Origin: Anthoceros angustus
Taxonomy: Eukaryota; Plantae; Anthocerotophyta
NCBI GenBank assembly: GCA_010909165.1
Contig: MU008158.1
Location: 1,451,478 to 1,515,477 of the forward strand
Length of the DNA: 64,000 nucleotides
Reading direction: 5' to 3'
Every line of letters begins with the position of its first letter. Position 1 is the stretch's first letter. The translations under genes were made by a program, and so were the position numbers. Shown in pieces: positions 1 to 12,116 of this stretch. The notes beneath the pieces were generated by a model, which saw only the letters and a program-made list of their open reading frames with translations, was not told where the DNA came from and made no database searches.

Positions 1-102
1 AGGGTCGGTGGATTTGCAGGCGAAGCCGAGCTCCAGCGTCCTGCGCAAGTTCGTCATCGACTCCTTGTTCGCTTTCTTGAGGAGGAATTCCCGGGACAGT
101 AG
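1..102 (-). CDS. possible internal exon of an unidentified host gene running off the left window edge
   Basis: Minus frame LLSREFLLKKANKESMTNLRRTLELGFACKSTDP is open to the edge, GC3-rich, and preceded by an AG. No family recognised. Confidence 0.25.
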
Positions 103-483
103 CTTTGCGCTCCACATTCCTCACAACAGGCTTTTACGAGTGGGTGTGACCAACCAGATTTGATCACTTTCATCCCGTGCGTCACCTTTTCCACAGCAAG
201 TGTGGAAATTTGCGCGCCAACTCTCAAACCTTCACATGTGGGAGTGATTGGGAACGGGTTGAGTGAAAAAAGTGCAAATTCTGACAATTTCAAGAAGTGT
301 GAATTGCTGGGTGCTGGAACAAACTCTGCAATTTTGGTAAGGCAGGTGAAAGTCACGTGTCTCACACAGGGTTGCATCTAATCTACGATGCAGGAGTAAA
401 TGGACAGGTGATGAGACCTACAGTTCCTGCTTCCGAACTACAGTCGCAATTCGCTTGCAAATGGTCATTGTCTCCCTGGTGTT

Positions 484-633
484 CACTAAGTCTCGCAGTT
501 GTTTCGTTCCAGACCCGGTCGTTATCTTACCACCAACTTGCACACACAAAGTCCATACCACTAAGTCTCGCAGTTGTTTTGTTCCAGACCCGGTCGTTAT
601 CTTACCACCAACTTGTACACACTTCATAAGTCC
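484..633. repeat. 75-bp direct tandem duplication
   Basis: cactaagtctcgcagttgttt(c/t)gttccagacccggtcgttatcttaccaccaacttg starts at 484 and again at 559. Confidence 0.9.
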
Positions 634-1592
634 ATAACTTCATGTAGTGGAGAAAGTCTGGCCCACCGCCCATCTCCACCACACTGACACCCTCTTCTCG
701 CGGCTATGTTGATGAGTTAAGGATCACTGTATGTATCCCCATTCCCGGGTTGGGCTGGCTGCAACCTTGAATGAGACTCCCAAGTGGTATGTGTGTCTGT
801 CGGCATCGTACATCGCTCAAGCTGTCTCAAGAGCTGAAAAGCCAAGTTCTCTGAGCCTCCTGAGAAAAAAGCATAATCATGTGCTACTTGCATACTGCAC
901 ACTGTGCACAGTAGGTAGAATGCAACTTCCCTCACTTGCATCCTCCAGGGCCCACACAGGCTTATCGATTCCTTTTTAATAAGTAGGGTATGGGCCAGGT
1001 AAATCTACCTTCGTACTCCGATTTCTAGATTGACGGGGCACTCTCTGCCCAGCCAGCCGATTTTGCAAACATCAAGAAGGACAGGCTTGGTTTTTGCGTT
1101 TTTCTCCTTGCAGAACGACTTTCAAAACATTCAGAATCATTAGGAAAGACATCTGTTCGTATTCCCCACCTGACCTCAGTCATTTACAGACATCTAGCAT
1201 CCGGAGTCAAGCCAGTCATGCTGCAATGTTCTCAGACCACATGTACAGCCGATATCTCTTCAACCGTGCTTGCCTATTCCAACAAAGCAGAAGCGCTGGA
1301 GAGCAAGCGAGCGAACTCCAAGAGGCTCTTCGAACACAAACATATGTGCAAGATGTGACCCACCATGGACAAAACTCTGCACTCGTAGGTGATGAAAGCG
1401 ATTCGGTATATAATAACACGATTTCAAGGGCAACGTCACAAGCTGACAAGGCTATCCCCTGTGTCACACACGTTCAGAACTAAAAATTGCCTGCCTGCAT
1501 CCATCCAAGAGCTTCTGCTCGGCCACCCACCCAAATATGGTCAGCTAGCCCCGCGGTGTAGACACTTGAGAAGAAGGCCTACAGGGAACATG

Positions 1593-1837
1593 TGCAAGGC
1601 TGCATGCATCACCGTAGGGATCTATGCAAGGCTGCCTCACTGCAGGGATCTATGCAAGGCTGCATCACTGCGGGAATCTATGCAAGGCTGCATCACTGAA
1701 GGAATCTATGCAAGGCTGCATCACTAAAGGAATCTATGCAAGGCTGCATCACGGCAGGAATTTTTGCAAGGCTGCGTCACTGCAGGAATCTTTGCAAGGC
1801 TGTATCACTGCAGGAATCTTTGCAAGGCTGCATCACT
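1593..1837. repeat. 28-bp minisatellite, about 9 copies
   Basis: Unit tgcaaggctgcatcactgcaggaatct(a/t), period 28 (1625, 1653, 1681, 1709, 1737, 1765, 1793...). Confidence 0.92.
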
Positions 1838-4789
1838 TATCCGAAATCGACCAGCTTCCAAATGTCATGGCGGCATCGTTCGACTGTCGGTCAAGGGACC
1901 CGCATGACAAAAAATGGCTCAAAGGGAACTCTCCTTTCCCTAGACAGGAGGTGGTCCCTCCGCTGTTCAAGATAGTCCACTACTTGCCCTCCACTTTTTC
2001 CCAACTTCCGAGAGACGGAGACTCACCCTAGTTGCCCAGTTCCACGTGTTTGGGCCTGGCCCGCACACAGATCGGGTTTGTGCTCTGCGAATAGGAATAG
2101 GTCTGTACAGTGTACACCTCATCAGCCTGTTCCCTGAACAATGTGGCCCACGAAGCTGGGTACATAGAAAGGTTGAAGTCATAAGGACTCTGAAAGACAC
2201 TTTATAATAGGTCTCAATCTCCCAAGAGATAGATGCTTCGCGCGTGTGACGTCCTCGGTGGCATGTCATATCCATGGCTTCGTATAGCAGGACATGCCTT
2301 ACTGTGCCTCACTCGCGTCTCTCTTACAACCCTGCGAGTTTGCCCTAAAACCTGAGGCTAAACCCAAGTTTCAAACTGCTTCAAACTAGCAAGGAGATGC
2401 TAGGGAAGCGGGGGAAGGCTAAGGGAGTGGGGTTTCACCGTCGGGCTGAGGGGACGAGATGAGCGGGGAACGGGAAGAAGAGGAGGAGAGGAGGAGTGGC
2501 AGCAGGGAGCGGGTTCGGAGTCTCAACTCCGTCCCAACTCTAAACTGCCTCTCAACTTGGAAGGTAGCAGTTCAGGGGCAGCAGATTGGAGCCCCTTCTG
2601 CCCCAGTGGGGTGGACAGCATTTCTTGACCTCCAAGGTCTGAGGATGCACATGATGAATTCAAAGAGGACGGCATCTTCGCCATCCATTGGGAGCTCAAC
2701 AAATGAACAGTGAGATCAGGCATCGATTTGTTTCTGAGCTCACGTTTCACGCCAGGAACGTGGCCTCAAGTCCATTTTGCAAAAGCTTTGGGTGCGCTAC
2801 ATCTATTGCCCGCAAGATTCTTCACGCTCAATTTTGGACATAGAAATGATGTGTCTGAGTTCCTTATTTCGAAAGTACAATTTGCTCTTCGTCGGAATTC
2901 GTTTCGAAAGAGCACTTCCCTCCTTGTCGGAATTCATTTCGAAAGTGCACTTTGGTCTTTCCCCACTGCCTGTTCAGCTCGCGCTCAGATTGCTGTGAAA
3001 ATCTAGACGATGAGTTTACCAACCACATGAACACAAAGGGCTATTCCCTGCAAACACTTTCAAACTGCCAGGCCATCAAAAACCGCCTTTCAACCATGAA
3101 ACATTGAAACGTGACGTGATTTGCTTTGAATGTTAGTGAACAAATATCTATCCCCTGCAACTTTCCGGCATATCATCCTTGCGGCTTCAGCACGCAATCC
3201 TTGTATGCCCGGGGCTTTGCAGCCGTGGAGTCATAGCCGGAAAAATCAAAGATGGTGCCCAACCTCTCAAGAACTCTGATGTGAGGAACCGAAGAATGCT
3301 TGTGTGAGTGACGCAGTGACACCGGGCGTTCTTGGTGCCACTAAGAACACTTAAGCCTCTTAGCAAAGGCTTGTGTGTGCGTGTGCGTTCTGGTAGGAGG
3401 GCGAGGGCTACGGAGAATACTCTGAAGCTTATGCTCGATTTGCAACCTGCAGGCTACAAGTGCAAGCCTGCGGAGAACAAGTGGAAAGCAGGAAGGAAAG
3501 AAAGACAGAAAAGATGGACCGTTGAACATCGCGGCCCTACCGCCCGCTCGCCGTCTGCCCACTCCCCGATCCCGTTGCTCCCCTAGCGCAACGACCTTGT
3601 TCCCCGCTGGTTTAAAAATACTTGTCCGCGTACGGTTGTTATTAGAGACCCGCGCGCCCCGCACAGTATTCCCTACCATATTCACGTGTACGTGCATGGC
3701 GAAATATGGAAGTTTTGACAATGTATGTCACTCTATACAGGTAGAGTGCGCATGGCGAGGCTATGGGGAGGCCATGGACATAGAAGAAGAACCATAGACG
3801 CAGGCATCAATGGTACTAGGAAATCCATTTTGAAGGAACACTCCTCAAGTCCATGAATCACAATGCTCATCATCGATAGGCCCGGAATCCAGAGCGTGGT
3901 TTGCAGCCAGCGTCATAACTGTTAGGACAAAGGTGTCCGATGTCGGTGCCTTTACAACAGGCGGCCCTGTAGAGCATTTTTACAACTGCTACCCATCCCA
4001 GCAGTGATCCGACTGAAGGGTGCCGGACCGTGGAATTCCAATGGACCCACGTGTAGATGTCATTCCTCAAGGGAAGACCGGGCCATTCAGGCATCTTTCG
4101 TCATCTGTGCAGAACGTGTGACAAAATGCAGCTGTCCAGTGTCCTCCATGTGTGGCCCTCGGGCCCACAATGAGGGATCCAGTGTGGCTTGTGGAGAGTT
4201 CTGACGAAGCTGCATTGGCATCCCAACTGATTCGAGAAGTTGGAATGCTGTTCCTGGTGGGCTGGACAGTCTCTAATATCTACTAACTTGTCTTGCATAC
4301 AGGAGCTTCAAAGTTTCCGCCACGGTCAGCCGCGTCTCATTCACTATCCCCCTGTCGGCACTGGGCGTCGAATGGCCGTCGATGCACGCAACCTGGAAGA
4401 TGTGGAGCCGGCCCTGGTCAGCAGGCTGCTGCAAACCTCACGACCGGCCTGCCGGATGTCGGTGAGGATCCCTACCTGCGCATCGATATCGGTGGTGCGG
4501 AAGAATTCTGGTTGCAACGTCGCTTGTCGTCCGAGGGGAATCGAATGACAGTATCTGCATTGGAGGGGTGAAGAAGACGTCCGACCGCAGGTCGTTGGGC
4601 GCCGAAAACGTGGGAGGGCGTGGAAGGCTCTCCGCTCCTCCTTCTGTTCACCGCATCAGTTGGCGCAATTTACAATCGGGAACAAAGCGCACGGGTGCGG
4701 GACTTCTGCTCCTGTACAAAAGCACAGGACTGGCCAGTGGTCATCGCATCTTCCCGGTTGCCCTCTGGAAGTGTAATATGATCACAAGC

Positions 4790-4900
4790 GACCCGCTGCT
4801 GTAAGCCTTGCCTGCTGAAGCTGCGCAACTTCCGACCTTGGGCCAAGTCACCGCATCCTGTTCACCAACTCCATCGCTGGGCGCCCAAAGAAAGCTGGTG
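4790..4900 (-). pseudogene. degenerate PPR motif remnant
   Basis: Translates SDGVGEQDAVTW, nearly the same as the PPR remnant at 5600-5724. Confidence 0.4.
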
Positions 4901-5361
4901 TGACGGTGTTCACGATTGTTCTCCACGACTGTGCCAGCAAAGCTGGAGCCTGGCTGTTGCTCCACGCCGTGCAAGCTAGCAAGCAAAATCACAAATACAG
5001 GTCAAATTCAAATTAGCTTGATCGATTATTTATAAAGTACTCAAGCTGTTGCCAATTTCTCGGTCTGTAGGGAGTCTACCCAGGTCTGTTGGCTGTAAGC
5101 TTGTCGTCAATGGCGTCCAATACACTGGTACAGATGATGAGGAATAAAATTATAACAAGTACTCATTTACTACTAGCTAAACATCTGAACCTGAGAGCTT
5201 CTGCTGCTGCCGTGTCTCCAGCCACAGATTCTGGTGGTAGCCCAGGTGAATGCTGATTTGTTGTCCCAATGGTGTTGAGCAGGCTCCATTTAAATTTGTA
5301 TGCAATTGCTTGACAACGTGTGAGGCTGCTCTGATGAGAAGACCCTCCTCAAGGACTGCTT

Positions 5362-5455
5362 TTTTGACAGGCTCGGTGATCAGGATGTGGTGACATGGAG
5401 TGCCCTGATAGCAGGGTATTCCCTGCAGGGCTTGGGACAGAAGCCCTTCGGCTAA
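5362..5455 (+). pseudogene. PLS-class PPR gene remnant
   Basis: FDRLGDQDVVTWSALIAGYSLQGLGQK is a typical plant PLS-PPR motif. No continuous ORF. Confidence 0.75.
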
Positions 5456-5599
5456 AGTTGGTACATGTTTGCCAACATGCCGACTACAAAACATCACATT
5501 CATGCCCTTGTTCTCTGAATTCAGAAGTATGACAATTCAGGTGCCCACACAGACACATGCCCCAGGGAGAGGCACACAAATGTTTAGAAAATTGAGTGC

Positions 5600-5724
5600 A
5601 GCCACCCCTATTCTCGTCGAATAGCAGTGGAGAGGAAGGCATCCTGCTTCATGACCTGCTGACAATACCGAGCCCGCCTATCATAGCCTTCCATGTCACC
5701 ACATTCTGTTCACCAACTCCATCA
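5600..5724 (-). pseudogene. PPR remnant interrupted by the copia insertion (continues at ~10990-11030)
   Basis: Removing the element and one TSD restores ETFDGVGEQNVVTWKAMIGG. Confidence 0.65.
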
Positions 5725-5909
5725 TATAAAGCAAGACTGACTTGACTCACAGCAATTGCTAGAAAGAATTAGATCAGTATCAAGGTGTCAAAAAAGGTAC
5801 ATCTTATATGGTTCACGGCCTTCAGTGCATCTTAGTGTCTGTTCAGTGACGACCCCTAGTATCTCGTGCTAGCTACTCTATGCTATATTTAATATGTAGA
5901 TCTCCTACA
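5725..5909 (-). repeat. 3' LTR of copia-1 (185 bp)
   Basis: Matches 10802-10984 except for a 2-nt difference in an A run. Adjacent to the PPT. Confidence 0.95.
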
Positions 5910-5923
5910 CTCCCACTCATAGA

Positions 5924-8900
5924 TTAGCTAGTGTCTTCATCTTGATTGATAGAGGATCTTAGATTCTTCACAAGGCCAAGTCCTGCAACACACTGATTAT
6001 GCTTGTCTCTCGGTAAGCTCTTCGTCAGTACATCAGCCACCATCTTTCCCGTTCCACAGTATTTCAAACAAATCTCACCACTTTGGATTTGCTCACGAAT
6101 ATAATGAAACTGAATGTCAATATGCTTGCTTTTAGCATGAAACTTCGGGTTCTCTGATAAGGCAATTGCACTCTGATTATCAGAGTAAATCAGAGTAGGT
6201 TTGTCTTGTGGAAATCCAAGTGACTGAAGTAATCTTCTCTGGAACACAGCATTCGTAGCAGCCTTTGAAAGTGCCATGTACTCTGACTCGGTACTTGACA
6301 GTGCCACAGATCTTTGCCTTTGGCTTGACCAACATACTGCAGCACCTGCCAAAATGAAACAAGATCCCGAGGTAGAGCGTCGTGTGTCTAAATCACCGGC
6401 CCAATCAGCATCTGAGTAGCCAAATAGCGGCTCAAAGGTTTGAGCTTTCTGATATTTCAAACAAAGTGTTGTAGTGCCACTCAAATACCGCATAATCCGT
6501 TTACATCCAACCCAATGCGGTGAGCCTGGATTAGAGGAATATTGCGCAACACTGTTGGTAGAGCAGGTGATGTCAGCACGTGTTCCAGTAGATGCATAAT
6601 TCAGGCTCCCAACTGCAGCTTTGTAAGGAATTGCGGCCATCTGAGTTTTGTCCTCCTCTGTGATAGGACAATCTTCCTTGCTCAGCCGAATTCCAGCCTC
6701 CAAAGGTGTAGAAACTGCATGTGAATCTGCCATATTGAATCTCCTCAATATTTCTTTGACATATTTCTCTTGGGACAGACAAATCCATCCTTGAGCACGA
6801 TTGCGGATGACCTCAATGCCTAAGCAATAGTGTAGATCCCCAAGTCCTTCATTTCAAACTCTGTCTTCAAGATTTTCTTGACCACTACTAATTTTGTAAT
6901 CGAGTTGCTTGCCAAAATGGCGTCATCAACATATAAAGCCAAAATGACAAATCCATCACTTCCCTTTAAGATGTATACATTAGAGTCCGCATCGGACCTG
7001 ATGAAACCAATTTTGAGCAGATATGCATCAAAGCGTTGGTACCATAAGCGCGGTGACTTTTAAGACCGTAGATGGCCTTCGCAACTTGCACACATTTCCA
7101 AATTGATTAGGAGGCACCTTTATACCCTCTGGTACTTCCATGTAGATTTCTTCTTCAAGAATACCATGGAGGAATGCGGTCTTAACGTCCAGTTGATGTA
7201 GTTCCAAATCAAATTGAGCAGCTAAAGCAATAATAATGCGAATGGATACCAACTTCACAACAGGGGCAAACGTTTCATCGTAATCAACACCTGGTTGTTG
7301 AGAATACCCCTTTGCAACCACTCTTCCTTTGAAGCGTTCGATGCTCCCATCCGCTTTGTACTTCACTTTAAAGACCCACTTGCATCCAACCAAGCTGCGG
7401 TTAGCGGGCAAAGGAGTTAATGTCCATGTCTTATTTTCCAAAAGGGATCAAGCTCGTCATCCATGGCTTGCCATTCACTGCAAATTCTCCAGACAAGGCC
7501 TCCTCCACACTTTGTGGCTCAATAATAGGTACTTGTGTCGTGAGCCTTGCGCTTCGACTTGGGTGTCTTCCTCCCTTCCAATGTCTCAACCAATCTTTCG
7601 GGCGGACGTCTACTTCTCTGACCACGTCAAGGAGAGGTGAGTCGGACTCCACCACAGCTGGACGTCTGCGCAAGCCTTCTGGGGAGCTAAGATCCAAGGA
7701 TGTTACACTTGCTCCCCCTGCTCCCCCAGTTGCACCTGCTCTCCCATCTTCGTCATCTCCCCCAGCAGGTGAACTCCCACTGCCCAGAGGAACGCTCCCA
7801 CTGCTTGAAGAGGGGCTCCCACTACTTGCGAAGGCGGTGGCTGAGGAGGAGGGACAAGAGGAGGAACTACAACGGGGACGACTGGAGGAGAAGGCCTGGG
7901 ATATGCCGGATTGGGAGGAGAAAACCGCCGCCAAAGAGATGCTTCATCAGGAGCGGATTCTTGAGGAGCATCGTCCTCTGAGGCGAGAGGCTCTACCCTC
8001 GGCGCGCGACGCTCATGAAAGACCACATCACGGGAGACCACCACCGTGCGCCGAGACTTGATCATAACCCGATAAGCCTTGCTCTCCTCACTATAGCCCA
8101 GAAAAATGGCTGCTTCAGACTTGCTGTCAAGTTTACGCCGTTTTTCATCTGGGACATGGACAAAAGCATTACACCCAAACACTGCAAATGAGAAATGTCG
8201 CTTATGTCCTGTCCACACTTCATAGGGGTACGGCCTTGGACAGATCGCGTGGGCAAACGATTCTTCACATAACATGCTGTTACAAGGGCTTCACCCCAAA
8301 AGGTTTTGGGAAGACCTGAATCAGCAAGCATACTCCTCACGGATTCATCAGAGAACGATTCTCTCGCTCAGCCACGGGGTTCTGTTGAGGAGTGTAGGGA
8401 GCCGTATACTGGCGACGAATGCCATGGGTGACACAAAATTCATTGAATTCATCACTCAAGTACTCGCCACCATTGTCGCTTCTTAGCGTTTTGATTTTGT
8501 GACCAGATAATTCTCGGCCATTGCCCGGTAGCGCTTAAACTTGTCAAAGGCCTCGGACTTCACCAAGAAGGTACACCACCGTGTACTTGGAGAAGTCATC
8601 CTTAAACGTAATGAAGTAACGCCTTCCGTATGAGTCGGAGTTTGCATGGGACCACAAATGTCAGAGTGCACCAGTTCCAGCAACGAGGTCGCCCGCGTAC
8701 CTCCTTGTTTGGGAAACTTCCCACGATGTTGCTTGCCTTCTAAGCAAGCTGAGCATGACGATGGAGAGCTGTGTCCACTGAATCAAGGCCAATGACCAGC
8801 TTTTCCCTTACCATTTGTTGAAGTCTTGCATCACTGAGGTGTCCAAGACGCCGATGCCAAAGTTCAGTTTTCTCGCCCACTGTTGCAGCAGCAGCAACAT

Positions 8901-10172
8901 GGGATTTGGTAAGGTTCTGAGTACTGCCCAGCTTGTAGAGGTCATGGACCATGGAACAGGTTGCTACCACCTGACCATGTTTATTAAGAAGGACTCCACT
9001 CCCTCCTTTAATCCGCAGCTCTCCACCAGCTGCAGCAAATTGTTTCACAGAGAACAGGTTCTTCTTTAAACCTGGTACATGTAACACATCTGGGACTTGT
9101 CTTGTACTTCCATCTAGGAGAGTAATTGCCACAGTGCCTTTTCCACAAATTGCTTGTGTGGTATTATCACCTAGATAAACCACCTGACCCACTGGCCAGC
9201 TTACATATTGTGAGAAACCTCCATGACTATGAGCCATGTGTTGTGTCGCACCCGTATCTACATACCAAGTCGTCTCCAGACTGTGATATGTGACTAGGGC
9301 AGCCACGTACAAGCTCGCATTACTCCCCGCAACATTTGCATGAGCATCAGCTCCAGCAGCCTCAGCAGCTATGCGTTTCCGACAATCCTTGATCATATGT
9401 CCGGGCTTCTTGCAATAAAAACATTTCACCTTCTTCTTAGAATTTTGGGTTCTCACCGACCCAAGTGAGGGCTTCAACGAGCCTCCTTGGCCACCTTTCT
9501 TAGGATATGGTCCAGAACGTTTACTTGTCAGTAATGCCGACGATGATGCTTCTGAGGCCGAACCAAGGTTCTTTAACATTTTCTCCTCTGAATTAAATAG
9601 CGATGAGAGCTGTCGTAGTCTCGACCTCTTAAGGAGATTAGAAAACCCCTATAACTAGGAGGCATACTCCTCATTAAGGCTAATACAAGATCCTCATCAT
9701 CTACCGTAGTTCCGAGCCGACATCTGTTCCAACAAGTCCTTAAAATTGTGAATGTGTTTAATCATGCTATCACCCTCCTTCATTTTAAGTGTAGCCAAAC
9801 TATCCCTTAGATACATTTTGGTGATGGAATCCTTTGCCTCAAAGAATCTAATCAACTCATCCCAAACTGCCTTTGAGGACTTGCAGGTTTGAACGTAGGG
9901 AACCACATTATTTTCAAGACAATTATTCAGATGAAATTGCAGAATTTTCTCTTCCTCCCAATGAGAAATACTTCCAACCCCACTTATAGGAAGTGGTGCA
10001 TGAGTTCTCGCAACCGTGCCGTTGGAGCAACTGGTATTAACTCTGTACCATCTACAACACTCCACAATTTTTCGGCTTTCAACAATAGTTGCATTCGATG
10101 TTTCCAAACATGGAAATAAGTTCCATCAAACTTGGGAATATGCCTAATATCTACTGGCCTCAAGGCTGCCAT
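5924..10172 (-). pseudogene. copia gag-pol polyprotein, frameshifted in this sequence
   Basis: Gag KFDGTYFHVWKHRM, zinc knuckle CFYCKKPGHMIKDC and protease WYVDTGATQH. GAG-pre-integrase LWHRRLGH and integrase LELVHSDICGP/FWGEAL. RT CKWVFKVK/LDVKTAFL and RNase H YSDADWAGD/SSTESEY/ADVLTK. Confidence 0.95.
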
Positions 10173-10192
10173 GGCCACTATTACTAATCTAT

Positions 10193-10510
10193 TTAGTACA
10201 AATGACCCTCTCTACAACAATATGTGCATGAAGGGAAATTAGCAGAATAATTTTGGGTAAGGCAATCTTTAATTGTGGTGGTTTCAAATTTTCTCATTAG
10301 CATTTCTAACTTCATTTCTATCTTTGATAGGCAATTTTTGGTTTGTAGGAAGCTATCTTGTACAACTTTGCCACTTTGCAATAACTTGCAACAAAGATAG
10401 ACTAAATTAGATGAGATGTCTTCTAAGTTAGAATACTGCATTTGAAGTTGTGACACTGTTGGATTTTGTGTCCTCCAGTGCCTTCTACCACTCTTCCTCC
10501 CATTAGCCAT
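10193..10510 (-). CDS. extra small ORF upstream of copia gag (coiled-coil-like, CxxC...H tail)
   Basis: ATG at 10510, 105 codons MANGRKSG...CTYCCREGHLY, ending 20 nt before the gag ATG at 10172. Confidence 0.5.
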   Translation of the reverse strand: MANGRKSGRRHWRTQNPTVSQLQMQYSNLEDISSNLVYLCCKLLQSGKVVQDSFLQTKNCLSKIEMKLEMLMRKFETTTIKDCLTQNYSANFPSCTYCCREGHLY

Positions 10511-10565
10511 TTCTTTAAATTGAATCAAGAAGATTCAATACTATCTTCATAAAATAAAGAAATGG

Positions 10566-10788
10566 CTAATTCTGCTTTTGGCTCACAATATGAGCCAATA
10601 AGCGGAGTTGTAGAGATCTAGGCATTTGTGTAAAGCCGAAAGGAATCCCGATTGAAAGGTTTGTTTTCATCGGAACTCTCTCATCGGCTTTAGTTTTATA
10701 CCCAGGCATTTTCCCTAACAAAAGGTTGTGAAATGCATCTGCACACACAAGGATGTGATCTCTAAGCTTCTTAGGATCACATTCCCAT
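10566..10788 (-). CDS. possible first small ORF immediately after the PBS of copia-1
   Basis: An ATG abuts the PBS. The open frame ECDPKKLRDHILVCADAFHNLLLGKMPGY needs one indel to join that ATG. Confidence 0.3.
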
Positions 10789-10801
10789 GGCTCTGATACC
10801 A

Positions 10802-10984
10802 TATAAAGCAAGACTGACTTGACTCACAGCAATTGCTAGAAAGAATTAGATCAGTATCAAGGTGTCAAAAGGTACATCTTATATGGTTCACGGCCTTCAG
10901 TGCATCTTAGTGTCTGTTCAGTGACGACCCCTAGTATCTCGTGCTAGCTACTCTATGCTATATTTAATATGTAGATCTCCTACA
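10802..10984 (-). repeat. 5' LTR of copia-1 (183 bp; TG...TA ends)
   Basis: Directly followed by the PBS on the minus strand. Confidence 0.95.
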
Positions 10985-12116
10985 CATCAAACGTCTCTGA
11001 TCTGAGCATCTTCCTAGCTGCCACGCTTGGCATCACAAATTCACTGCTCAAATTGAGCTTCCAGCGCTTTTCCTCCCTGAAGGCTGGCAGTCTTTGCATT
11101 AATTACTTTGTCATCTGCGATGTACAATTACAATGCTCACCGCCAGAAGCAACTTCGCAAAACTGATTTTCAGAAATTCCTTCAGCGCTTCAGCACTTCA
11201 GCACTTCCAGTGCTGTGCATCCAGGTGCGAGATGTGGAGTGCGGTCAAACTGCGTTGTCAAATTATCTGCCCGGGAGGCCTGGACTCCCGCCTCGTCTCA
11301 CACAGACAGTACCGTTACTGTAACTGCCAGGAGCGGGAACAGGTTTTTGGTTTGCTTCCCGCCAAGGCCAGGGAGTTGATTAGGGCGGCAACGCAAAACT
11401 GCGCCGCGGCCGCGGCTTCTTGATCAAACCGCTCGCTCCCTCCCTCCATCCTGGTTTTCTTGATTCGGTTTCAGGCATTCCATGTCCCACGTGGTGGCCT
11501 CTCCTGTCAGGTCGTGACGACACACCCGACTGGCAGTGGTGTCCCGTGTTGTGACGCGCCTGGGCCCTGGCCCCCGACCACCCTGATGACAAGCAATCGC
11601 GACAGGGCTGCGCGCAGGATGGGAACCGTCTCCACAACGTGCACCCCTGGGCCAGCCTAGCCAAATGTTGCTTCCCTTCAACTTCCCGCACGCTCTTGTC
11701 CCAGGAAGAGCCTGCATCTAGTAGGTAGTCGTCTTTCGTCTTTGTGCGTGCGCGCACTTCATAGCTGACTGCTTTTGTATGATATTGGATGTGATTATGC
11801 CGCACAATTTTGGGAGTCCTGATTTGGCTACACTTCAAATGTTCGTCTCCAGGTCTGCGGACTCTGTCTCAATTTACTCTGCTGCTTTAGTTGTTTACAA
11901 GTACTTCAGAGGAGCTTGTGGAGCGTTGCTGTAGTCTTGTCTGTGCTCTTGAAGGATCCGTATCTTGTAGTGTGCTTCTCAAGGACCCGCGTTGCCCTGG
12001 AAAGTGTTTGTAAAGGAACCTATGGTGGTCTTGAGAGTTGTTGGATTCAAAAGCTTGTTGTGTCTGGCTGGAGAGTTATTTGTGCTTTCAAGGAGCTTGT
12101 GTGCTTGAGGGCCGTC

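Larger units (their letters stand above)
5725..10984 (-). mobile_element. full-length Ty1/copia LTR retrotransposon (copia-1), young insertion
   Basis: Two near-identical LTRs (5725-5909, 10802-10984) and a 5-bp TSD CATCA (5720-5724, 10985-10989). tRNA-iMet PBS TGGTATCAGAGCC at 10789-10801 and PPT at ~5910-5925. Domain order gag-PR-INT-RT-RH. Confidence 0.97.

Noticed and set aside
1593-1837. 28-bp repeats as a CRISPR array or coding repeat
   Set aside because: Units are contiguous with no unique spacers, there are no cas genes and the context is eukaryotic. The overlapping ORFs are by-products of the repeat.
1850-4700. short ORFs and faint PPR- or TE-like words (e.g. AKYGSFDNV at ~3700)
   Set aside because: Too degenerate to assign.
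7420-8061. 213-aa plus-strand ORF
   Set aside because: Antisense to the GC-rich integrase-RT linker of copia-1.
11916-12116. N-terminal extension of the 367-aa ORF
   Set aside because: It starts at TTG. The first ATG (12117) directly precedes a signal peptide.
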